From an uncultured Chitinophagales bacterium (GTDB lineage: Bacteria; Bacteroidota; Rhodothermia; Balneolales; DATFMH01), in contig CAZNHE010000011.1 of NCBI GenBank assembly GCA_964572735.1, positions 1 through 57,636 of the forward strand: DNA of 57,636 nt, written 5' to 3'. The notes under the pieces are model-generated. The model was not told where the DNA came from. It made no database searches and saw only the letters and a program-made list of their open reading frames with translations. This document shows positions 1 through 9,956 of the stretch, piece after piece (positions within the stretch are counted from its first letter, which is position 1; each line of letters starts with the position of its first letter). The position numbers and the translations under genes were made by a program.

Positions 1-31
<31 letters not shown>

Positions 32-148
32 AAAGAAGATAATCAACCAGCCAACCGACGTGAGATCATGAAGTTCTTCCCGGCCTCCGGATCCGGGGAA
101 ACTTCCTTACTCATTTTTGGCAGGCGGGCCGTCCTCCCTGCAATCTTT

Positions 149-1981
149 TCAGGGTTGAATTACCGTCTCCCGGTTTTGGCCAAGCAGCTGATCTTTATAT
201 TGCAATTCGTATAACTTACGATAAATGCCCTTTTTGTTCCGTAATAATTGTTGATGGGTACCTCTTTCGCGGATCTCTCCTTTGTGCATCACCAGAATCT
301 GGTCGGCATGCTGTATCGTCGAAAGGCGGTGGGCGATAACGATTGAAGTACGGTTTTTCATCAGCAGGCTCACTGCGCGGCTTACCTTCTCTTCGGTCTC
401 CGAGTCGACGTTCGAAGTGGCTTCATCCAGAATAAGAATAGCGGGGTCATATACCAGAGCACGCATCAGGCACAACAGCTGACGCTGCCCCATGGAAAGG
501 GAGGCACCCCGTTCGGAGAGCACATAATCGTACTTTCCCGGCAGCCGCCCGATGAAATCATCGGCTTCGATCAGTCCGGCGGCACGCACCACTTTTTCAG
601 GATTGATCGAAGAGTTGCCAAGGGTGATATTCTCCATCACAGTTCCTGAAAATAAGGTGTTATCCTGCATGACGAGCCCCATCTGGGAACGCAGATTCGA
701 TATACGAAGCTCGCGGATATCAATCCCGTCGATCAGGATCACTCCCTCACGAATATCGTAGAACCGGTTCATCAGATTGATGATGGTTGTTTTGCCTGCG
801 CCCGTTGCGCCGACGATGGCTACGGTCTCGCCCGGTTTGGCTTCAAAAGAGATATCACGCAGCACGTCGTTGCCGTCCGGACGATAACGGAAGCAGACAT
901 TACGGAATTCCACATGCCCTTTCGGGTGAGGAATCACCTTTGGATGTATAGCCTCCGTGATTCTGCTGGGCGTCTCCAGTACACCGAAAATACGCTCGCT
1001 AGCGGCCATGGCGCTCTGGAGCGTATTATATTTATCAGATAAATCGCGAATAGGCTGAAAGAATTGCCGTACAAACTGGATGAAAGCTACCAGAACCCCG
1101 AACGTAACAGTACCCGACAATACCCTCGCCCCTCCGTACCAGATCACCAGGGCGACGCTTACCGTGGAAATCACTTCCACCGCCGGCCAGAACAAAGCAA
1201 AGTAAAAGATCGTCTGGATATAAGCATTACGATGGCCTGCGTTAATCTCGCTGTAACGGCCTGCTTCACGCTCCGACCGGTTGAACAACTGTACGATGTT
1301 CATCCCGTTGATATGTTCCTGGACGAACGAATTGAGCCGTGCGATCTGGTCACGTACATTCAGGAAAGAAATCCTCACCTTTTTCTTGAACAGGAAAGAC
1401 AGATAGATCAGGATCGGCATGACCGAGAGCGCCACAATGGTGAGTTCCCAGTTCATTTTCAGCATGAAAAATACAATGAACAGGATGCGCAGCATGTCTC
1501 CCATCATATTCACCACTCCATTAGACACCAGGTCGTCGACCGCTTCAATGTCGTTGGTTGCCCGTGTGATCAGCCTGCCCAGCGGGTTCCGGTCGAAATA
1601 CTGAACATGGAGCGACTGGATCTTCCTGAAAACAGCGATGCGCATACGATGGAGTGTTCCCTGCCCGATCCAGTTTGTCAGGTAGGTGCTGCCCACCGAT
1701 AGCAATGCCTCTCCTGCCAGGGCTGCAAGAATATAAAGGATGATGTGCACAAGACCGCCGGCATCTCCGGTTGCCACATAATCATCAAGAGCTATACCGA
1801 TAAGGTAGGGACGTAAAGGTCCCAGAAATGCTGCAGCGGTCGTGAGCAGCAACGCCGCAAGCACCCACCACTTATAAGGTGCTATAAACTGAAAAAGCCG
1901 CCGGTAAAGAGATCTATCGACGGCTTTTTCCCTGTGAACGGCTTTTTGATTTCCTGCTTTGTCAGAACCGGTTGAAGTCAT
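149..1981 (-). CDS. ABC exporter half-transporter (TMD+NBD), MdlB/TM288-like subunit
   Basis: N-terminal TM domain; Walker A GATGAGKT, non-canonical signature LSMGQ, Walker B ILILDE, H-switch IAHR. Confidence 0.93.
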   Translation of the reverse strand: MTSTGSDKAGNQKAVHREKAVDRSLYRRLFQFIAPYKWWVLAALLLTTAAAFLGPLRPYLIGIALDDYVATGDAGGLVHIILYILAALAGEALLSVGSTYLTNWIGQGTLHRMRIAVFRKIQSLHVQYFDRNPLGRLITRATNDIEAVDDLVSNGVVNMMGDMLRILFIVFFMLKMNWELTIVALSVMPILIYLSFLFKKKVRISFLNVRDQIARLNSFVQEHINGMNIVQLFNRSEREAGRYSEINAGHRNAYIQTIFYFALFWPAVEVISTVSVALVIWYGGARVLSGTVTFGVLVAFIQFVRQFFQPIRDLSDKYNTLQSAMAASERIFGVLETPSRITEAIHPKVIPHPKGHVEFRNVCFRYRPDGNDVLRDISFEAKPGETVAIVGATGAGKTTIINLMNRFYDIREGVILIDGIDIRELRISNLRSQMGLVMQDNTLFSGTVMENITLGNSSINPEKVVRAAGLIEADDFIGRLPGKYDYVLSERGASLSMGQRQLLCLMRALVYDPAILILDEATSNVDSETEEKVSRAVSLLMKNRTSIVIAHRLSTIQHADQILVMHKGEIRERGTHQQLLRNKKGIYRKLYELQYKDQLLGQNRETVIQP

Positions 1982-3215
1982 CGAACGGAGTCCGCGGAGT
2001 TATCGGTTTATACCGTGGTTGCCTTTCATCGTCATTTTTCTTCTTGCCCCGGTCATCCCGGTTATTTCGTTTGTTGTAATCGTTCCTTTCATTACGATCG
2101 CCACGGGGTGGGCGCTGAGGACGATCACGATAGTAATCGCTCAGATTCTTGTTACGACTGGTTGCAACCGGTTTATTACGGCGCTTGTTGATCCGTGCCT
2201 TGCGTGGTTTACCTGATTTGAACGGCTTGCCGGATTTCTTTGCCGCCTGACCGGGGATATGAATCCGCACTTTAGGCTGAATGATATTCTTTTCGTGCTT
2301 CATGTCGGTCATGATCGGCCGCATTTCATTGGCAATCCAGGTATCGGGGAAAATCTTCCGGGCTTCTTTCATCAATACGAACGGATTGGTATATCGTCCG
2401 GAAAAATGGCCGATGACCAGCAGTTTTGCTTTTGCGTTGGCCGCCAGGTTCGCGGCATCTTCCGCGGTTGAATGTTTTGTCTCTTCTGCTTTATCTCTGA
2501 GATCGCTTCCGAAGGTGGCTTCATGATACAGGATGCTCACGTTGCGTGCCAGTTCCAGTGCATTGGCGCTGTACAGGGTATCGGTCACGTAGGCGAAGGC
2601 ATTGCCTTCACGTGGTTCGCCGACAATATCAGCCGAGCGCACCACCGTCCCGTCCGGCAATTCCACATCATTGCCCCGTTTGAGCTCCTTGAAATGTGCG
2701 TCTTCGCTGATACCCAGGGAAACGGCTTTCTCCGCATCGACCTTGCCCGGTTTGGGTTTTTCCTCCAGCCGGTATCCGATACAGAAGCGGGTATGCTCCA
2801 GCGGGCGTGCCTCGACCAAAAACTCTTCTTCGTCAATCACAACCTCCCGTTCGAATCCTTCTTCCAGTTCCACAAACGCGATAGGATATTCTGCATCGAC
2901 GCCTGCCGATTTCAGGTTGAAATCCACAAACTCTTTCAATCCCCTCGGCCCGATAAGAGTGAGGGTTTTCTCTCTTCTCTGGATGTGAAAGGTGGCCAGC
3001 AAACCAGGCAGACCAAAGATGTGATCGCCATCAAGATGGGAAATGAAGATATAATCAATCTTGGATCGCTTCATTCCTGCTTGCAACATTCTTGCCTGCG
3101 TATTCTCACCGCAGTCGAATAAAAACACCTGACCTTCCCTCCATAAAGCTACGGATGGCATACTCCTGTGTACCGTTGGTGTTGCTGACGAGATACCAAG
3201 AGGCACTAAAATCAT
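1962..3215 (-). CDS. rnz: Ribonuclease Z with basic low-complexity C-terminal extension
   Basis: LFDCGE, metallo-beta-lactamase motif HLDGDH, exosite arm GKVD...G, HEATF, KHST, GHFSGRY; ~100 aa K/R/N/D-rich tail. Confidence 0.93.
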   Translation of the reverse strand: MILVPLGISSATPTVHRSMPSVALWREGQVFLFDCGENTQARMLQAGMKRSKIDYIFISHLDGDHIFGLPGLLATFHIQRREKTLTLIGPRGLKEFVDFNLKSAGVDAEYPIAFVELEEGFEREVVIDEEEFLVEARPLEHTRFCIGYRLEEKPKPGKVDAEKAVSLGISEDAHFKELKRGNDVELPDGTVVRSADIVGEPREGNAFAYVTDTLYSANALELARNVSILYHEATFGSDLRDKAEETKHSTAEDAANLAANAKAKLLVIGHFSGRYTNPFVLMKEARKIFPDTWIANEMRPIMTDMKHEKNIIQPKVRIHIPGQAAKKSGKPFKSGKPRKARINKRRNKPVATSRNKNLSDYYRDRPQRPPRGDRNERNDYNKRNNRDDRGKKKNDDERQPRYKPITPRTPFDDFNRF

Positions 3216-3299
3216 ACTATACTCCTTACAATGTTAGGTTTGCTTGCCGGCGGTCAAACCGGCGAAGGCGTTATTTGTGTTATCTCAATCTTTGACAGA

Positions 3300-5099
3300 T
3301 TATATTTGTTCCAGTTCCTGCTCCAATTGTTGTTTATGGAACATATCAGCATAAAACCCCTGTCGGTTCAGCAGGGTTTCGTGATTGCCGGATTCAACGA
3401 CTTGTCCGTCTTTTATAACAAAGATAATATCTGCATTCCTGATGGTAGAAATTCTATGACTGATCATGATGGTGGTCCTGCCCCTCATTTCATTAGTGAG
3501 ATGATCCAGAATGGCATTCTCGGTTTTTGTATCCACTGCATTTAAAGAATCGTCGAATATGAGTATATCCGGATTTTTAATAAGAGCCCTTGCAATACTT
3601 GTCCGCTGTTTTTGCCCCCCGGAAAGTGTAATGCCACGTTCACCTAATATAGTCTCGAATTTTTTTTCGAATTCCAAAATATTTTCGAGTATCTGTGCTT
3701 TTTCCGCTGCCTGTTCGATCTCCTGCGGCCCAGCCTTTTCTACTCCAAACGCAATATTTTCACTAATCGTATCCGAAAACAAAAAAACCTCCTGAGGTAC
3801 AAATCCGATATGGTCTCTCAATATCTGCAACGGTATGCGCTCAACCGGAATACCATCAATCAAAATTTCACCTGAGTTTGCATTATACAGTCGTGGAATC
3901 AATTCCACCAACGTAGATTTTCCTGATCCCGTTCGCCCGACGAAGGCCACGTGCTGGCCGGCTTTTATCCGGAGGCTGATACCTTTAATCGTATCTTCTT
4001 CACTGCCGGGATACCGGAAGCGGACATCCCTGAATTCTATCTCTCCTTTCAATTTCGTGATGGTATGATCGGTATGTTCGTTATCTTCGATTTCCAGGGG
4101 AATGTTCATCAGTTCCTGGATGCGTGTGTTTGACGCTGCCGAGCGCTGCAACAGATTCAGGGTGAACCCGAGCGAGGCGATCGGCCAGGTGAGATAAGCT
4201 ACATAAATCAGGAATTCGGCAATATTCCCAATCATTATTTGTCCATCGATGACCATCATCCCGCCTCTCCAAACGACAAAGACGACCGACAGTCCGATAA
4301 GCAGGGTAAGAGTCGGGAAAAAAAGCGCCTGTACAAAGGCAAGTTTCAGTTTCTGTGAACGGAACTCCTCACTCTCGTTTTCAAATAATTTCTGTTGATG
4401 ATTCTCACGCACATAGGCTTTGATCAGACGTATGCTTGAGAAGGTCTCCTGTGCACGATTGGCGATCCTGGAATATTGCTGCTGAATCAGTTTTGACCGC
4501 ACATTGATGTACCCGCTTAGCCTGTAGGCGAGAATCGTGAGGAACGGCAGCGGGAGCAGCGCCCAAAAGGTGAGCCACGGATTTACGATCAGCATGATGG
4601 TAACGATAATGCCAGCCCGACTGACGGTGTTGATCGTGTACATGACACCGGGACCGAAATATTCCCGAACCCGGCTGATGTCTTCGGTGGCGCGGACAAA
4701 AATATCCCCGGAGTTCCATCTGCTGAAGAAACTTTGCGGCAGGCTCAGCAGGTGCCTGAAAACTTCGTTGCGGATGTCGTATTCGATTCGCCGGGAAGCG
4801 ACGATCAGGGTCTGCCGCGTGGCGAACAGGAGCAGCGCGTACATCAGCACCGCACCAATGAGTGACAATGCCGTAAGGCTGAGATCCCATCCCAGATTAT
4901 GATGAGCGAGCACGTCCCAAAAACCCTTGAAATGGGACCCGTACTGTCCTACAATCACCTCAATGTGATTGATTGCCTTACGGATCAGAATTGGGATGCC
5001 AACCAGAAAAAAATTCCCAAGTACCAGAAACAACGCTCCCAGCAGGATTGTACCCCTGTATTTCCTGAAGTATCTGTTGAGTTTTAGGAGTTCACGCAC
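3300..5099 (-). CDS. ABC exporter half-transporter, MdlA/TM287-like subunit
   Basis: TM domain; Walker A GRTGSGKS, signature LSGGQ, degenerate Walker B ILIFDD, SHR. Confidence 0.93.
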   Translation of the reverse strand: MRELLKLNRYFRKYRGTILLGALFLVLGNFFLVGIPILIRKAINHIEVIVGQYGSHFKGFWDVLAHHNLGWDLSLTALSLIGAVLMYALLLFATRQTLIVASRRIEYDIRNEVFRHLLSLPQSFFSRWNSGDIFVRATEDISRVREYFGPGVMYTINTVSRAGIIVTIMLIVNPWLTFWALLPLPFLTILAYRLSGYINVRSKLIQQQYSRIANRAQETFSSIRLIKAYVRENHQQKLFENESEEFRSQKLKLAFVQALFFPTLTLLIGLSVVFVVWRGGMMVIDGQIMIGNIAEFLIYVAYLTWPIASLGFTLNLLQRSAASNTRIQELMNIPLEIEDNEHTDHTITKLKGEIEFRDVRFRYPGSEEDTIKGISLRIKAGQHVAFVGRTGSGKSTLVELIPRLYNANSGEILIDGIPVERIPLQILRDHIGFVPQEVFLFSDTISENIAFGVEKAGPQEIEQAAEKAQILENILEFEKKFETILGERGITLSGGQKQRTSIARALIKNPDILIFDDSLNAVDTKTENAILDHLTNEMRGRTTIMISHRISTIRNADIIFVIKDGQVVESGNHETLLNRQGFYADMFHKQQLEQELEQI

Positions 5100-5108
5100 C
5101 GCAAAGAA

Positions 5109-6149
5109 TTATTTTGCCGAAAACCGCTCCAACCAATGTTGTGCCAGTTTATAACCGGACAAATAAGCGGATTCAATGGTGTTGCCATTGTAATAATCAC
5201 CGATAAGAGCTAACGCACCATCAGTCCGATCTATTTCAAGAAATGATTTTTTTACGGGATTGATAACACGCCGGTATTTCCACTTGTGGAGGCTGGTCCA
5301 GTCGGGTTTGGTGATCCAGTCGCCGGTAACTTTCGCAGCGCCCTGCAGCAGTTCTCTGATCGTCTCCTTTTCGGCCCGGTCGCGGTAATCGCGATAAAAA
5401 TCAAAAGAAGACTGAAGAACAAGTGCCAGCTTCCCTCCTGTCTCCCGCTTGGAAGATTCGTTGATGATCTGATCCACCTCACAGGAAACACATTCAACGG
5501 CCTTCCAGTCAGGGACCGGCACGTCGTCAAATACCGTGACAAGGGAAAAACAGGATTCGTAGCGTATCTTGTCGAGCTGGGGGATGAGTTCTCTCACCAG
5601 GCGTTCGTCCTGGCTGTTTCCGATCAATCCGTAAGCCTGGGGTGCCGGCGTGGCGACAATCACGGCATCGACTTCGAATACATTGAAACTGGTGAGATTT
5701 AACATCCAGGGCTTTTTTATCTGCCGTTCCGTGCCGAGGCAGGTGAACCCGCCGACCCGTTCATTTATCTCGACATCAACCCAGCGGCTCAGATAGCTGC
5801 CGATCCGGGCAATGCCCCCGGGCGCGCAATACAATGTATCTTCGTCGCCATCCACATGACCTTTCTTTAATTTCTGGCCATTGTAAAGGGGAATCTGCCC
5901 CTCCCACACGCGGAGAATTTCCTTTTCAGTTAACTCATCAACAAACTCACTGAACAGGGAACCCCGCGCAGGAAAAGCGGCCTCCCGCTGATCAACAATA
6001 ATATCGTTATCTCTGCCGGCTTTCATGGAAGCCAGCCGCCCCCCTGCCGATTGCGCGCGTTCATAAACTTTGACGGTGTGTCCGCCATCGGATAATATCT
6101 TAGCTGCCACCAATCCCGAAAGTCCAGCTCCAATGACACCTATGTCCAT
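5109..6149 (-). CDS. Renalase-like NAD(P)/FAD-dependent oxidoreductase
   Basis: N-terminal GAGLSG FAD motif, GGRLAS, ATPAPQA, C-terminal GDY...IESAYLSG. Confidence 0.8.
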   Translation of the reverse strand: MDIGVIGAGLSGLVAAKILSDGGHTVKVYERAQSAGGRLASMKAGRDNDIIVDQREAAFPARGSLFSEFVDELTEKEILRVWEGQIPLYNGQKLKKGHVDGDEDTLYCAPGGIARIGSYLSRWVDVEINERVGGFTCLGTERQIKKPWMLNLTSFNVFEVDAVIVATPAPQAYGLIGNSQDERLVRELIPQLDKIRYESCFSLVTVFDDVPVPDWKAVECVSCEVDQIINESSKRETGGKLALVLQSSFDFYRDYRDRAEKETIRELLQGAAKVTGDWITKPDWTSLHKWKYRRVINPVKKSFLEIDRTDGALALIGDYYNGNTIESAYLSGYKLAQHWLERFSAK

Positions 6150-6554
6150 AAATTACGACCAACATTAAAAATTAAAAGTGAAAAGATAAAAGACAGAATG
6201 CATTCTAAAAAGTATGATGGTGCTTTTTCTTCATTAAAAGAGGTATAAAGGTACGTAAAAGAAAAGATATTGTGCCTTTTATGACTGAACGCTTTCCTCT
6301 ATGAAAAACGGAAGTATTGCCGGCAGAGAGAATTATCGCACGTGTTCCCCTTCCGTCGGATAGATGAAAGGATCGCTAACCGGGTGTTTTATAAAGCGGC
6401 CCGTCTGCCGGCCGGGAAGCCTTCCGAAAGTTTGTTCGGGTTTAAAAAATTCTAAGGCAGAAAAACAAATTATTCCATCACGGCAGGTCCGACATAAGTG
6501 AATGCATCACAACTGATTATAAATGAACAAGTTATTTGAAATTTTCGCCTCCGA

Positions 6555-6583
6555 GACAACAAAATACCCTTTCCATTCGTATA
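6555..6583 (+). promoter_or_regulatory. Putative ECF-sigma-type promoter (CAAC-N17-CGT)
   Basis: caac 6557-6560, exactly 17 nt spacer, cgt 6578-6580; followed by a structured non-coding stretch and a terminator. Confidence 0.45.
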
Positions 6584-6587
6584 TGTA

Positions 6588-6692
6588 ACTGAATGCACAA
6601 CCAACATTTCTTTTGTGCACTACGACACACACCAAATAGATACCGGAAACTACCGGATGAGCCCTCATCTTTGACAAGATGAGGGTTTTTTT
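6588..6692 (+). ncRNA. Candidate ~100 nt small RNA
   Basis: Lies between the putative promoter and a + strand terminator while both flanking genes are on the - strand; hairpin tgcacaa/ttgtgca; no substantial ORF. Confidence 0.4.
6661..6692 (+). terminator. Rho-independent terminator
   Basis: gccctcatctt-tgac-aagatgagggt stem-loop followed by a T tract. Confidence 0.85.
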
Positions 6693-6881
6693 ATAGTCAT
6701 CCGCAGACGAGAATGTGTTGTGTCCCTACTCTAAACAGGTTAAAAAATAACACTTAAAAAAGCCACCTTTTTTTAAAGAAGATATTTACTTCTCCGGCAG
6801 CTTCCTTTCCGGAAATCCGCGTGATGATCAACCGGATCCCGAAGGACGAAGATTTATGAGAGACGAAAAGCCCCCCGTCTC

Positions 6882-7433
6882 TCAGGCAGGAGGGAAATTC
6901 CGGAATACACCGATCAAGAATGATAAATGATCATTCAGAGGTTTTTCGATCAGTGCAGCACCCCTGTTAATATCCTCCCGGCTGACATTGGCTGCAAAAT
7001 GGTGGTCCTTCAGCTTCTTCGTCACGGATTTAACCTTCATATCCGCAAAACCATTCGGACGCATAAGCGCAACCGCATTCATAAATCCCGAAATTTCATC
7101 ACAGGCAAACAAATATCGTTCTATATCCGCCTCCGGTTCCCTGCCCGTGCGCTCAGGGGCATGTGCCCGGATAGCATTGATAACCGCATCAGGAATATCA
7201 TATTCCGGAAAGATATCGGCAATCGCTTTATTGGGATGCTCATCCGGGTATTTCTCCCAATCCAGATCGTGAAGCAGCCCGGCGGTCCACCATTGTTCAA
7301 CCGTTTCGTCGGGGAGCTGCCGCTCGCGGGCGCAGGCCTCCATCGCCACGGCTACCATCTCGCAGTGGCGGCGCAAACTCTCGTTCTCAATGTACTGCCG
7401 GAGAACCCGGCGGGATTCCTCACGGGTGATCAT
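6882..7433 (-). CDS. HD-domain (HDIG-type) metal-dependent phosphohydrolase
   Basis: SLRRHC...AGLLHDLD, AIRAH, LFACDE motifs. Confidence 0.85.
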   Translation of the reverse strand: MITREESRRVLRQYIENESLRRHCEMVAVAMEACARERQLPDETVEQWWTAGLLHDLDWEKYPDEHPNKAIADIFPEYDIPDAVINAIRAHAPERTGREPEADIERYLFACDEISGFMNAVALMRPNGFADMKVKSVTKKLKDHHFAANVSREDINRGAALIEKPLNDHLSFLIGVFRNFPPA

Positions 7434-7558
7434 AAGATTATAGCAGTGTTAATTATAAATGGACGTAACCTTCGCGATTTTTAGAAACTCTGAGTGAAAC
7501 CCCGTTTTTCCGGAAGCCCGCCGCCAGCCGGATCTGCACCCGTGAAATACTACTCTGT

Positions 7559-8005
7559 TCAGACCCCCTGAGAGTGTTTCTCCTTAAAAGCCACGGCATA
7601 ATACTGGATTTCCTTGCACATAGAAGCCAATCCATTTGATCGCGTAGGGGAAAGATGATTTTCCATGCCGATTTTATCGATGAACTGGGGAGAATGAGAG
7701 ATGATGGCATCCGGAGCTTGTCCGGAGTAGACCCGCAGAAGCAGTGCAGCCAGCCCCTTCACAATAAGAGCATCGCTGTCGGCCTCATACCAGATGCGGC
7801 CGTCTTCCTCAAAAGCATATAACCACACCTGCGACTGGCATCCTCGCACCATATTTTCTTCGGTTTTATGCTCTTCCTCCATCTCCGGAAGCCTGCGCCC
7901 CAGTTTGATCAGATATTCGTACTTCTCCGTCCAGTTTTCCAGTACGGAAAATTCGCGTACGATTCGTTCCTCAATTTCGACGATATCTTTCGGATGTTCC
8001 ATCAT
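7559..8005 (-). CDS. sufE: SufE-family sulfur acceptor protein
   Basis: VRGCQSQVWL, ADSDALIVKGL, HLSPTRSNGL. Confidence 0.93.
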   Translation of the reverse strand: MMEHPKDIVEIEERIVREFSVLENWTEKYEYLIKLGRRLPEMEEEHKTEENMVRGCQSQVWLYAFEEDGRIWYEADSDALIVKGLAALLLRVYSGQAPDAIISHSPQFIDKIGMENHLSPTRSNGLASMCKEIQYYAVAFKEKHSQGV

Positions 8006-8059
8006 ATATAAATGTATATAAACCCGCTGCCGGGCCGGATCTGAAAATTTTTCGTGATG

Positions 8060-8935
8060 TCATTCATATTCTTCCGGAGGAGGATGGTTTGCATTTTCGT
8101 GAAACGATTGCAAGGCCCTTAGGCGGTTTTTTGCTTTTACGCTATCGGGTTTATCCCCGGCATACTGGTAAACGGCCTGATTCCATTCTCCGTACACGGG
8201 ATTGGGAAATACAATAAATTTCCGGCCGAATTGTTCTGCTTCCCGGTCAACCAGTTCGTTTCGTTCCTCAACCGGCTTTTTCTGAAATAACTGTTCAAAG
8301 TCGCCGAGATTGTCTCCCAGAAGCAAGATAATTTCATGAGTCCGGCGGACCAGATCCCGCCGGGCTGTCTTGTTATCCATTGTTGTTGCCAGCAATACAT
8401 GATCCGAATCGGCCTGCGGGAAATTCCATTTGCGAAGATTTTTAATAGTCGGCTTCAGGTTCTTCTCACTTCTGTTGGAGATATAATAGACGTCAATTCC
8501 CTTTGACACAACATATTCAAGAAAACGGCGTGCACCGGGAAGAGGTGCAGCCTGCGCCAGCCTGACCCATGCCTCCCACGTGCCCGGTAAATCCGCATTA
8601 TCCTTTATGATCTGTGCTTCCCAGGGGCTGTTATCGAGTATGGTTTCATCAATATCCAACACAACGGCTTTCTTCCGCGAGGTTGTGTCGTCCGCCAGGA
8701 TCCGGTCCAGCCGATCGCGGGCTACATTGAACGCCTGGTAATAAAGCGCCCGGCATTCGGCCGACTGCTGATACCACAGCACCGCCAGTACATCCTGTTG
8801 CAACAAAGGATCGGGATGGGTGATTCGGGACGGCTGCTGCACAGAAGGACGGGTTGAACGGCATCCCGAAAAAGCAACACCGATAAGTATCGGAAAAATA
8901 AATCTGACCGTATTTGAGGGATGCTTGATGAACAA
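8060..8935 (-). CDS. 5'-nucleotidase / class C acid phosphatase lipoprotein, e(P4) family
   Basis: Lipobox AFSGC, WYQQSAE, LDIDET, SNR, GDNLGDF, PNPVYGEW; start placed at TTG 8935 to avoid overlapping the upstream SCO gene (ORF track starts at 9043). Confidence 0.85.
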   Translation of the reverse strand: MFIKHPSNTVRFIFPILIGVAFSGCRSTRPSVQQPSRITHPDPLLQQDVLAVLWYQQSAECRALYYQAFNVARDRLDRILADDTTSRKKAVVLDIDETILDNSPWEAQIIKDNADLPGTWEAWVRLAQAAPLPGARRFLEYVVSKGIDVYYISNRSEKNLKPTIKNLRKWNFPQADSDHVLLATTMDNKTARRDLVRRTHEIILLLGDNLGDFEQLFQKKPVEERNELVDREAEQFGRKFIVFPNPVYGEWNQAVYQYAGDKPDSVKAKNRLRALQSFHENANHPPPEEYE

Positions 8936-8945
8936 AACCGGTTCC

Positions 8946-9854
8946 TCAGGAAATGGTAAGCACGTCGGACACTTCTTTGACGAGTTGCTGCGGTTTCCAG
9001 GAATTCCCCGAAAATATCCGGCGGATTTTGCCCGAAGGATCAATGACCACCGTGCGCAGGTTATGGGTGATCAATCTGCCGTCCCGTCGGTAAAAAACGT
9101 CGAAAGCGGAAGTCAGTTTTGCAATTTCTTTATCGGTGCCGCTCGCAAACGACCAGTAGCGGAAGTCTGCATCATATCTCAGCCCGTATTTCTTCAACAC
9201 CGAAGGGGTATCGTGCCGGGTGTCGAAACTGACACTCAATAAATGGACTTTACCTCCGTAGGTCTTAACCAGCGTCTTATCCGCCTCCTTAAAATTCTTC
9301 GACATCAGCGGACAGTAACTCGGCAAGGGACAGCTGGTGTAGAAAAAGGTGATGACAAGCACTTTTCCCCGGAAATCAGCCAGGTGAATTTTCGTACTGT
9401 CCTGATTTAGCAACGTGATGTCGGGCACCTGATCGCCGACATGCAGCCTGGGACCGCCTCCGCTGGAAGCGACTTCTTTCAGAACGCTGTTTTCCGGTTT
9501 GATGTGAAATGAAGAATCTGCAAGCGGATGGATATCGGAAATCCAGTCGTTTTCGCTGGTCACGTGCAGCCTGAACCGAATGTTTTCTCCTGTATGTAAA
9601 GAAGAAAGCGCAGTAGTGTCGCGCACCGGAAAAGGCATGGTCATCGCCTGCATATATCCTGGAATATCTTCATGAGAGATAATTACCGACGTACGATCTG
9701 CTCCAAAGCCTTCTATCCGGCCTTTGACGGTAAACTCTCTGGATGTCTCGGATGTCCCGTCGCTGAGGCGATGATAGCTGTCATAGCCGATGTAAAGCCC
9801 CAGAACAATCACAGCCGCTATTACGACAATGCGTGTAAGAGATTTGTTACTCAT
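8946..9854 (-). CDS. SCO/SenC-family copper chaperone with N-terminal CusF-like domain
   Basis: TM anchor; HEDIPGYMQAMTMPF (CusF-like); FYTSCPLPSYCP, SFDTRHDT, ITHNLRT. Confidence 0.85.
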   Translation of the reverse strand: MSNKSLTRIVVIAAVIVLGLYIGYDSYHRLSDGTSETSREFTVKGRIEGFGADRTSVIISHEDIPGYMQAMTMPFPVRDTTALSSLHTGENIRFRLHVTSENDWISDIHPLADSSFHIKPENSVLKEVASSGGGPRLHVGDQVPDITLLNQDSTKIHLADFRGKVLVITFFYTSCPLPSYCPLMSKNFKEADKTLVKTYGGKVHLLSVSFDTRHDTPSVLKKYGLRYDADFRYWSFASGTDKEIAKLTSAFDVFYRRDGRLITHNLRTVVIDPSGKIRRIFSGNSWKPQQLVKEVSDVLTIS

Positions 9855-9956
9855 TTTTGCGGTAAAACGTGTATTTTCGAAAATAGCTATCCGGTGCTAC
9901 ACCAGGCAAGATACCCTTTTAATGGCTAATTATAAACAACAAACATTGCTTTCCCT

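Noticed and set aside
8936-9043. N-terminal extensions in the ORF track for e(P4), and likewise for the starts at 19400, 21901, 13368, 25002 and 43294
   Set aside because: They overlap neighbouring genes or precede the signal peptide or RBS; downstream starts fit better
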